DNA of 64,000 nucleotides, taken from assembly GCA_030704615.1 (NCBI GenBank), contig CM060732.1, positions 29,512,001 through 29,576,000 on the forward strand, given 5' to 3'. Below the pieces are notes generated by a model that was given only the letters and a program-made list of their open reading frames with translations, was not told where the DNA came from and did no database searches. How positions within the stretch are numbered: position 1 is the first letter of the stretch; each line of letters starts with the position of its first letter. Positions 50,040 through 61,200 of the stretch are shown here, piece by piece. This stretch comes from Takakia lepidozioides (taxonomy: Eukaryota > Plantae > Bryophyta). A program made the position numbers and the translations under genes.

Positions 50040-50990
50040 ATAGCCAAGCTGATAATCCAGGTCAAGCAATTGAGATCCATTGCTTGCCCCAACACCTGAC
50101 GACGTGATGCCTCAGAAAGAGATGGCACCGCCGTGGTACCTGTGGTAAAACCCCCGCCCGCTCGCGCTCGTCAGGCATTGGGCTCCACTAATTGTTGCAA
50201 CTGGCTATCCCACAAGAGCCAGGTCCACCATCCCAAAAAGCATGGGATCCTGGGAAGCTGAGCAGTGTAGGTAATGCTACTCGTGGTTGACCCACCCCGT
50301 TGACCACTGCCAAAGGCGAACAGTCATCGTGTCTCACATGTTGAGACTGCCTCCCTGTGTCCAAAATGCTATCCACTATGAGGTGTGCTGGCCGCTGCGC
50401 CCCATCAAATGAACGCTTGAGCAGTGCGGGTGGCATCAAGTTAGTCCACCATAGCCGTGGACGATGAGCCCATGACCCCCTGCAGCTGCATCCAGCAACA
50501 CTGCTGACCCAAGCCACGACCGGACTTGATGCACACCGGCTATCACCCTGGCCCGAGAATCACCCATCGGTGGCACATTCTCCAAGATGTATGCTGGAGA
50601 TACAGCTTGATGAAGCTGCAAGTGGCGCAAAATCCGTACCATCTCCCAAAACAGACCCGTCCTCGAGTCTCGCAATCGATTGCCATGCCCGGCTGATGAA
50701 TGCCCTTGGCAGGGCCAACCTGCCACTACCAGATCAATGGAGCCAACCCGCTCCAAATCCTGCGCCCCCAGCAACGAAATGTCTGCTGGCAAGGCTTGTT
50801 GGTATCCACGAACTGCAGACACTGGCAACAAATCAGGGTACTGCTGTACCACTGCAACATGGCGCAGTGAGATGCGTCGTGCAGTCTCATCCCTCTCCAC
50901 ATACAGGTAACGTCGAACTCGTACACCTGCCTGTAGCACTGCAGCCAATCCAGTGCTGATCCCGCCAAACAAGTCTAGAAGGCATATGCC
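50040..50990 (-). CDS. C5 DNA cytosine methyltransferase domain (DNMT3-like) inside the E polyprotein
   Basis: Motif I LLDLFGGISTG; II YVERD; III ADI; IV IDLVVAGWPCQG; VI YILENV; VIII AHRPRLWWTNL; IX EPNA.ERERA.GF; X RRQVLGQAMD; linear I-X order; small frameshifts. Confidence 0.92.
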
Positions 50991-51124
50991 TTCATCCGGG
51001 CATTGCCACACAAGAGGTGTGGTGTCCAATGGTGACAACTGAGGTGGTCCTGGTGCAATCCCCACACACTCTCCTCTTCTCCTGACGGTACGAAGGCCTC
51101 TACCCAGGCTTGTTTACCCGTCCA

Positions 51125-51780
51125 TCAGCAACCTGCTGCAAATCCTTGCTCGTACCCCAATGGAGTGTGAGCAACCATGGCAGGTAACTCCGCCGTACCA
51201 TGCATGTCATCCTGCTCTGCTGGAGGTGGCACATCCTCTGCATGGGCATTGCCTTCCAGCAACTCTCCAGGCCAACTAACTGTAGCTGTAAAGGCGGCTA
51301 GTGTTGGCATCTTGCCCCGCTGGGCAGCCGCAATACCCCCAATGAATGTCACAGGGAGCTGTGCACGACGACCATCCCCTGACTGCCATCCAGGCCTGTA
51401 GGATGTTGACTCCTCCCAAAAGTCCAGGGTGAAGCCCATGGGATATAACATTGCCCCACCAACAAGGACATCCTAAGAGACCGCGTCTGTCACAATGGCC
51501 TTGGCTCGCATCACTGAGCCATCGTAGGATGATCTGGTTGTAGTCCAATGGCCAACTCACGCCGTGTCATGCCCCGAGCCTGCTCTGATCCTCCCAAAGA
51601 TGTATGTATCTGGAAAGGACAAGGCTCCATATCCGCCTCCATGAGGCCCAAACCTGCAATAGCAGCTCTGCCCAACATCAGTGGCTGAGCTCCCGAGTCC
51701 AACAAGACCCGCAGTGGCCGGTACTTCTTGTCTGCCGGTCCACTCAAAGTGAAAATGCCTCCTGGTTGTCTAACAAGACA
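51125..51780 (-). CDS. Aspartic protease of E
   Basis: RVLLDSGAQPLMLG catalytic motif; downstream DVLVGGAMLY. Confidence 0.8.
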
Positions 51781-52165
51781 ACTCCAGGTGTCACCATGGC
51801 GCGCTCAAAAGGCTGGCCTAGCTGGCAGCTCCGTCAACTGGCAGCTGCAGCTTGCCATGGCGCAGCCGTGCAGTCTTGACCCTCAAATCCAGGATCCCTC
51901 TGCCACTACACCTTCCAGTAGCTCCGCAGAAGATGAAGTGACCTCCCCACTCTCGCAGAGTGTTGCTGCTAGTCTGAACACTGCAGCTGGTCTTACCCCC
52001 GGCGTCGCAATCATGGTTGCCGAGAACAGTGGGGCTTGACACACAGAGGTGGCTGCCCCCAATAACACACCGGCTGCACTAGCCTTGGTAGCAGGTGTCA
52101 GTGCTGCACGTGTAGCTCTCCCCAATGGCATAGTAACCTCCGCCTCGGTAATAGTCAGGTGAGAA

Positions 52166-53778
52166 CTAGGTGCCATGGATGGCGTCGACACAGTCTCCGC
52201 CAATGTGAATGACTGAGGAAGCCTTGCCTGACGGCTTGCCTCCCCACGCTGTGGATCCCTCCACCTCTGCACCTCGTGGCTCAGGAACTCGTGCTGCTCC
52301 TCGAGTCACGGCTGCAGCAGACTCCACCTGCACTAGTGGTAGTGCTGCTCCGCACATGAATCCCATGCCTCCCATATCTCCTCCCTCAGGCGCAGGAGGT
52401 GGACCATCCCGCCTGGGAGCCGGTACCGCCTGAGCTGTAGCCATGGCAGCGAGCCTCCGCTCTAGCTGCTGAAGCCGGTTGGCCATGCCTTGGTCAACAC
52501 CCTGACCTCCGCGTCCTTGGCCATGTTGATTTTGCCCTTGGCCTGCCCTCGTGCCCGACCACCTCGTCCTCTCTGGGCTGGTCCACCTCGCCCCCGGCCA
52601 CCATTGTTCCCTTGGAACTGGCCTGGGCGCAACTCAGGATGCAAGTCATAACACTGGGCATCTCCATGCCCATACTTGCCACAATGCCCACACTGCAACT
52701 GTGCAGGCTGTGCTTGTGCCGGCCTTTTGCCACTCTATGGGCAATCTCTCTTGACATGGGGTCCTCCACATGTCCAACATATCACCCCTGGTTGCTGTTG
52801 GCCTGCAAAAGATGCTATTGGCCTCTGCACCTGAGGTCCCCTGTAAGCTCCATGGAACTTGGGTTGGAAACCTTGCCCCCTGACCACGCTGTTGGGCAGT
52901 CCCTTGTGCCTGTGGGTTGGCAGCTGCGCCTCGTGCAGGCATGTCTTTGCCAAATCCAATGGTAACAACTCGCTCCTCCACCATGTTGAGCTCAATCCGC
53001 TCAGCCAGCAGAAACACATCTGCTAATGTGGGTTGGGCTGCTTGTAACAATATTGCATCTTGCACCCTTCTCTTGAGCTCCTTGTCCAGAATTCCATACC
53101 AAAACTGGATTGCCTGAGCTTCAGTAACCCCTTGGGTCACACTTATCAAGCGCCTCATACGAGTGTAGGCCTCTCGCAAGCTCACTGGGTTTGCGCTGAA
53201 GTCTTGCAAACTTTGCAGCTTCTCTGTCCGTACACCTTGGTAGTTCCTCCGCAACTCCTAGAAGAACTCCACCACCGGGTTGAATCTAGGCACATGTGTT
53301 GTAGTCGTGGAGTAGTAGCACCTTTTGAACTGGTACCACCTGCAGAAGTACCGGCACTACTTGTTCCACTACTAGTGCTGGCAGTGGGAGATATTGGTAC
53401 TGATGCAGCTACTGGTCGCATTGTGCCTCGAGTAATGGAGACGTAGTCAGGTGACCAATACATCCTCCACTCCTCAATCTCTGCTTCATGTCCTTGCCTG
53501 AACTCGTGGTAATCGTCCATAGGCGGGCCTTCCAAATGCTGGAACAGTCCCTTCCACGCCATGAATGGGGTGAACAGCTGTGGATTGCGCATCTGCTGCA
53601 AATCACACCAGCTGTCGAACTCTTGGATAATGTCATCCAGCTCAATTGTGCCCACAGCTCCAGAGTACCTACGAGGCCCCTTGGTAGCTCCATACATCTC
53701 CTCCATGTCGTCCCACCAATGGCGAATGAAACTGCATACCTGTTGATGAAGCCTCCGAGTCTGTGTTTGACTCTGCAC
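52166..53778 (-). CDS. Gag of E (frameshifted)
   Basis: RRYSGAVG...FDSWCD N-terminal region; SLREAYTRM...FWYGILD; knuckles CWTCGGPHVKRDC and CGHCGKYGHGDAQC. Confidence 0.75.
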
Positions 53779-54369
53779 AGTTGAGGGTGGAGGTGAAGGT
53801 GGTCTGAACGAAACCCTCGTCTGGTGAACCCACTCTCACTGCTACTGCCTGCAGCCGTACTCCCCTCAGAACCCCTGGGTAACTCCGTGATGACGCTCAC
53901 AATGTGTACCTCCCCCACGTGACACTATAAGGCTCTAGTACTAATTCTAATAGTGACACGGTAGGCACCTGTTGCAGTTTAAGGGTCATATCCCAGTGGC
54001 TCAGGGCACCTGCACCTGCATCCACCGCAAGAACTCCTATGGTTGGCTGGTCATCAACCCAGTCTCACCATAGAAGAACACTGGTGGTCTTGCTGGTCAT
54101 CACTCCAGCCTCACCACCGACAGCATACTCTAGGAATCAAATCCGCCAATCCCTATGAAAAGCAAGCGCCCACACAAAACCAACATGGCGCACAGTCAAG
54201 CATGCAGGTGTTGGGGGGATCCAAACACAAGAAATCAAAACATCAACACCCCCACACCAAAATCCATCTGCAATGCTGATCCTGCAGAATATCCCAGCCC
54301 AAAACCCCGGACTGACTGGAGAGGCTTTGGCACTACAAGTACAAGGTGTACAGAGATGGAGGGGAAGAA

Positions 54370-55286
54370 TAGCGCGCTTTTTACTCACCCATCCCTTCGC
54401 TATTCGAGGCGGAAACTCCAAGATTGAAGAGTTGGAAATCTCTAAGTACTCAGCCCGCGCAGAACAATCAGTCATGACCTACAGCTAGTGTATCATGGGG
54501 GTGTTTCCTATTTGTTTCCCTTTGGTATTCATGTTAACTATCTTACCATTGATAATTAAGTATCAGTTTGCTTTATCAATCTATTGGATTCCATCAACTC
54601 ATCCATTCATTCCACAGCTTCACTCAGATCTCTCTACACAGTGTGATTGTATCGTAAAATCCGATTATGATTTATCAGGTATCAGGCCGAAGCCATTGTG
54701 TCTCTAATCTGCTCTACAATTACAGCCTTGCATATATCAAGCATCTACTCATCATCTCTCTATCTTCACTTCCGTTCTTCATCTCTGCCCGATCCCCTCT
54801 CCCATGACCAGAAGTCCTCCTCCGAATGATCCCCTCATTTCCCCGTTTTCTCCCTTTATCTCCTATCCGCGTTCTAACCGTTTCCCTCACTAACCGTCGT
54901 CTGTGAACTAACATGTTCCCTTCGCAGGTGTTGTTCCCCACAGTCGTTCCCTGTCCTACTCTTCGTTCCCTATGATCGTGACAGCTGTGTCAAGCTGTGA
55001 CTGGCTGTGTGAAACTGTGACTGGCTGTGTGTTTGGCTGTGTGTGCTGCTGTGTGGCTGTGTGGCTGTGTGTGACGACTGTGACGGCTGTGTGGGCTGTG
55101 CGACTGTGTGTGTGGCTGTGTGGCTGTGACGACTGTGACGGCTGTGACGGGCTGTGACCTGTGTAACCCCCCTCTACAGTGCGCTGCTGTCACCCCTAAG
55201 GCTCCTGTTGGTCTCAGTCTGTGCAAAAATTAAGGGTACCCTACAGATCCCGTATAAGTGTCTAAGTCCCCGACAGTCCTCTAACA
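54370..55286 (-). repeat. 3' LTR of F (more diverged variant; terminal CA missing)
   Basis: Homologous to the C/D LTRs with visible substitutions; ends ...AAAAAGCGCGCT instead of ...GCCGCGCGACA. Confidence 0.88.
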
Positions 55287-58200
55287 TTACCCCTTCCCCC
55301 CTCAAAAAGCCGTGTCCTCACGGTTTACTGATTTCGACTAGCAAACCTTTGTGAGTGAGCACCTTTTGACGTTGAGTTTCGTGGCGGACTGTGTGTACGA
55401 GCCGAGGTCTGTCTCTGTTGACGGATGGTTGATCACTACCTGGATAAGTGAGGCCCTCTGGAGGCTGATATCGAGGTAATCTTTCCGGCATAGGAGACCC
55501 CGTCGCTTCTTCTCTTCCCATCTGAATTGCATAGTCTTCTCCCATGTCAAAAGAATTCGGTGAAGAAACAGTTGTATCAGAATCCTCATCGCCTCTCAGG
55601 TGTTTTAATTTTCGAACTTTTTGTGGAATCATCTGGGGCATACAATGCTGTCCTACCATGTCTGGAAGTTTGTATTTTACAACTGGTGTAACCGCTGAAC
55701 AGCAAAATTGGTGTAGACACTGAGCTCCTTGTCTGTCCAGGTGAGTGGGGTACCAATTACTGGTGCAGCGTGCAAGTATTCCATGCCACATGTCCCTTAT
55801 AGAAAATGTCATCAATCCGAATTTCTGTGTTGACAAATGGTTGCAGGCTGCTTGAAACCATGAACGAATTTGAGAATCCTTTTGCATCATAACTTTTGGG
55901 TCATATAGGTACATATGAGGTGGCACCGAAGGTAATACCCAATGATCTCCACTGGAATAACTCAAAAATGTTTGCATCTTTTGTTGCTCAATGTGGTAAC
56001 GTACCAGAAAACAAGCAGCGTAGTATAACCCGCACCCCATGACAATACTTGCTATCTCCTTGGTCTTGGTATAAATGAGTCCATGTACAACCTGGAAAGC
56101 AATCAATTCCCTCAACATGGTACCTGCCTCGTGCCAGTATTGTGCAAAGTGATGATCTTCAATATGTCGATTGTTCGGAAGAACTTTAGTCCTAGTTGCC
56201 ACTGGCAGCCAAATACGCATGATTTGGTAGTAATGTGCGAATGACTGCGGAGGACTAAATTCTTTCCAAGCCAAATCCAACATGATGGGAATTTGGTTGA
56301 AGGGCATAATCATAGCCCTACTGTACTCCCTTGCAGCTGGAGTTTTAGGTGGGTTAAAAGCGCATTGCCCCCCATACCTCCGGCTGTGGTGGCTGTGGTG
56401 TGGTTGTAGTAACCACAGGTTCAGCTACTGGTACAGTGACTTGTTGTGGTGGTGGTGGTACTGGCTCTTGTATCATTGGCATCTCCTGCACCTCCTGTGA
56501 AGACTGAAAAGCCAAAGTTCTGGCTTGTAAATAAGAAGCCATTAGCTGTTCCTGAGGGATATAGACTCTTTGGTCGATGTTTGAAGTGAGGTTCCACTTG
56601 AGTCTGGAGTCCGTCTACATCCTCTTGTAACTCTGCTATCCTACTATAGACATTGTCTATAGTAGTTGTGGCAATGTTCTGCACCTGCAGCCTGAGCTCA
56701 TTCATCTCGCTTTGGGTGAGCTTCCGTGGTGCTTTGCCCTCTACTGGCCCTTGTGCTAACCAGACCTGCATAAGGCTGTTATCCACCAAGTTGCTTGTGG
56801 TTCCCCTGAGAGTTTGCTCCTCTCTTAGCTTGTACAATTCCAACTGCTGTTGTAAAGCCTCCATGCGCTTCGCCTGAGGTTCAACCAATTGCGCATAAGC
56901 AGCAAGTAGATTATTGGCTTCCTTCCAAGCCTTGTTATGACCGCGATTTCATTTCTATTGGCCATGATGGTTTGTTGCAACTCCACGATGTGCTTCTCTT
57001 GATCAGCTTCAATCTGCCTGTATTGCTTGAAAGTATCTTCATTGCGACAGATTGTATTCTTCATATCGACAATGAGCTTCATTTGCTCAACATTCTCTTC
57101 TTCTGCCTTCGTACATTTTTCCGCTTGACTGTTTATTTCTTTTGTTGATTGGTCAAGCATAGTTGTAAATGTAGCACATTGTATCGCCATCCTGTTATGC
57201 ACTGTCTGCAACTCCGTATGTAGTGCATTCAGTTCTTGCAACTTGCTTTCATGCTGCACCTGCATTTGGTATAGCTGTTGCTTATGTGCTTCGTGCAACT
57301 GGTCTTGCGCGAGGCCTGCCTCAATCAATTGTTCTTGGCCAATTGCAAAGCCATTTCTGTATTCCCAAGTCCTGCTTCATCTTGAGAGTGACCTCTTCAT
57401 CGACCTTGTTTGCACACTCAGTGGCAAGTCGAGCCTCAAACTCCTTCCTGAGTTCCTCTTTCAAGGCTGTCAATTGGGTAATTGGAACATGGGATTTGAC
57501 ATAAGTCCCCAACAAATTAAGTGTCCTGCCTATGGAACTCATCAGCATTGCCTGTTGAGGGTCATCATGGTGAGGTTGCTGCTGTTCCTCCTGATCTTCA
57601 ACAGTGTGATGTCTCACTAACCATTCAGGCCATTGTCCCACCGGATTTTCTTCCTGAACTACTTCATCTATCACCGGTGCTACAGTGTCATGACCTTCCG
57701 CCTGTGGTACCTCCGACACAGGTGTGTGTATTATATGCACCTCAGGATTTCCCTTGGGCAACTGTTGCACCTCTGGGATTTCTGTCTCCTTGACCAGACC
57801 AGAATATTCATAGAGAAGGTCCCCCTTCTCTATTTCTGCCACTATCTGTTCTGTAGTTGGAATATCTAACCCTTCACTTTCCAAATCAATTATTTCGGTT
57901 GAGCTGCATGGATAACTTGTGACCTTGTGACAAGTCGTTCAGGTGGCTGTGATGGTTGTGATGCAGAAGTAACTTCCTCCTCCCTCTCTGAAGGTCCTGC
58001 TTCCAGTAATAGCATTTCTCTGTGCTGCTGTGCCCCTTCCTGGCCATGAGCTTGGGAAACATTATCATGCGGAATCCGTGAAGCCAGTGGATCCGCCACT
58101 ACAGTCTTTCCCCGTCTCTGCCTCTTAGTCTCGGGTTGTGCTGCTAGTCCACCCTCACTGTGTGAAGAGCCTTGCTCTTCCATTGCAGTTGTTTCTGGCT

Positions 58201-61200
58201 CAAACACTCCCATTTCCTTTCTTTCTTGCGCATTAAGTATGCCAGAATCAAGGATTATTTGAGCAATGATTGGGCCAGACACTATGATAGGAGACTTTGC
58301 GGTAGTACCTTGTAATCTTTTCATCTCCTCTACCAGTGCGTTGTACATTATGTCCGCCCATTGTACCTCTTGTCCCTTCAGGCCTTTGAGTATTTCCTCC
58401 GTGAAGGATCTGCTCAAATATGTTGGTTCTGTTTCATGGCAATCAGAACGTTCAATACCTGGCCTACCTCTTTTACCCCTGGGTACACAGCCTTGGTACA
58501 AGCATAACCCTGAGTTTTAAAGAAACTCCCTTCTTGGAATAAGTCCCCTATTTGCAGTCTTGCCCTGTGTTCCTCCACATGCACCTGACCTGCTGGCAAT
58601 CGAAACAATTGCTGGAGGTATAGGGAGTAATCATTAATTCAACTCCCTTCACCGTTGTTGTTCCTGTCCTTGGCTCAAAGTTCTGCAAAAATTGTAACAT
58701 GTACTGTCTATGGTGTAGTGTCCAATCTAGGCTTTGCAATCCTTGCAATCTCAGCTCCTCCAGTATCTGTATCGCCTGTGGGGTAGCAATCGTTTGTTTC
58801 TGCAGAATTGTGGTGCTCTTCACCCTGATTTCCTCCATTCCTCTCTCACTCTCTTCATTTTAGACTCACAGAACTGTTTTGGCTGTAACAACTGCAGGAA
58901 TGCCTGTAGTGCACAAAGCATAAACGTATGGTTGCCGCAGAAAGCTATGGGTAATTTCTTGTAAGCCTGCGGGGCTTGCAAGCATCGCTCAAGAGAAAAG
59001 CTCCGCTCTGTCCTTTCGTGTCTATGCCACTGCGTAAGTAATATTGCGAGCGTATAGTCTGTTAGTTCCTCCATAGTTTCCAAGTATAGCATTGATGGTC
59101 TGTCCTGTCGAGACGCCCGTTACTCAGAACGACGCCGCCTCTTGCGCTCAATTTCCCTCCATTTTCTTGATCCTTCTCTGGTTTTCTATTGGCTGTATCC
59201 GCTGTGACTGGATTTTAGATTTTATCTTCTTTAGTGGACTTTCCCTGTTGGATAGTCCACTAGGATCACACATGTGACAAGAATTCGGCTTTTCTGTACT
59301 TGCCGTTCGTTCCGTTTCCCTTTTTCCGTATCATTAATGGGCCCGCCTTTCATCCCTTTTGACGGCCGTTCTTGTCCTCTTTCTTTTTGACACCTGTCCT
59401 TGCACTTCATTCTCGGCTGTGTGTCGCGCCCTGACCTCCACGTGTCTATTTTTAAAGTAATTTCCGTTTCTTCTTCCTTCAGCCATTTTCCTGAAGTTAT
59501 TATGTGTCCACTTGTCACTGATTCTATGGATCGTGTAACTTTAGTAGGCTGTGTTGAGCTGTGACAGGCTGTGTCATACTGTGTTACGGATAGGCTGTGA
59601 TGCACTGTGGTAAGCTGTGATAGGCTGTGTGTGGTAGGTTGTGATAGGCTGTGACTGTGTTGTGATGGCTGTGTGTGGGTGATGGGCTGTGATAGGCTGT
59701 GTGCTGTGAATCCTGTGATAGGTGCCATAGGCTGTGTCGTTTGCCCACCCTGGTCATATATGCTGGGCCTAGCGACAAGTGTTCCATACTCCGTTCGTAA
59801 CACTGGTGCAGCCCGTGACTGCTCTTGCGGTTCAACATGCAAATCATGCTGCAGGGGTTTGTCATGGATACCACTGTACCCCTTCAACTTATTTGCATTG
59901 ACTCTTCCCAGCATTTCTTTGTTAATGGTTTGTAACATGGCGGTGTTGTTATCATACATCTTTTGTATGACATAAGTCCTTTCCATGGTGATTTAAGCTT
60001 AGAAGCTTGAATCTTTCCTTTCTTCTGCAACCATAACCCAAATCCCCCGTCTTAAAAGTCTTTAACTTGCCTTCATCAAACTGTTCCTTTCGCTTCATCT
60101 GAATTCTGGTCATATTATCAGCTGCATCAGCACGTACTTCTTCCACATGGTATAATTCATGTTTCCTGACCTTGATGGAGTCTTGCAATTCCATTCTTTT
60201 TCCCCACTCCGTTCTCATGGTAGGTAACAGGAATTCCACTGGAAGTAAGGCTTCCATACCATAAACTAATTGGAATGGTGTATACTTAGTGGTGACTTTA
60301 TATGAAGTCCTGTATGACCACAAAGCTGTCAGCAGCTTTGTATCCCAATCCGTTCTGTTTGCATTGACTATCTTAGCCAAGATAGTACATAGTATTTTGT
60401 TGGTAGCCTCTGCCTGCCCATTACCCTGTGGGTAATATGTTGTACTCTTTCTATGCACAATCATAAACTCTTTTAGTCAACAACTCAATGGTCTCATTCA
60501 TGAAGTGACTTCCTTGATCACTGATAAATTCTAAGGGACAGCCAAATCGTGTAAGTATGTTCTCGTACAGGAACCTTGCTGTGGACTTGGCTGTGTTGTC
60601 CCTCAAGCTTTAGCTTCCACCCCACCCACTTTGTAGTATAATCAGTGGCTGTAATTATGTACCTGTTTCGTGTATTCTTGGATGGTGGGTTAATTGGTCC
60701 AACAAAGTCTAGTCCCCATTTCTGAAATGGTTCCGTAGGCATTGTAGGATGCAAGGCCATCCTTCCAGATCTCTGCAAAGGTCCTAGCCTCTGACATTCA
60801 TCACACTTCTGACAATACTCGTGTACATCTTTGAACAAAGTAGGCCACCAGTATCCTGCGAGTAGTATCTTTCTACTGGTAGTCTCTTCTCCAAAATGAC
60901 CTCCAGCCACTCCTTTATGAACTTCCGCCAAACTTTATTTACTTCATGGTGGTACAAGCATCGTTTTAGTACTCCATCAGGTCCTAACTTATACATTCTG
61001 CTTCCTACCATAGTATAAGGTAAAGCTTTGATAGCGATTCTCTTCCTCTGCTCCTTACCATAACTAGGTGGGCACTGACCATGAGCAAGGTAGTATCTGA
61101 TTGGCCACTGCCAATCTAACCATTCATCTGCACTTCCTTGCACCTCCATTACAAATAAACTCGCATCAGGTAACTGATCGTCCACTCCTGTGGCGGCCTC

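Larger units (their letters stand above)
46209..54369 (-). mobile_element. Ty3/Gypsy element E: gag-PR-DNA methyltransferase-RT-RH-INT-PHD; both ends interrupted by family C copies
   Basis: All domains are collinear on the minus strand; PPT-like AGGGGGG at ~46382-46388 and LTR start TG at 46377. Confidence 0.9.

Noticed and set aside
50040-50990. Bacterial restriction-modification methyltransferase or host DNMT gene
   Set aside because: Embedded collinearly in a Gypsy polyprotein, with no restriction partner, no introns and no host regulatory domains.
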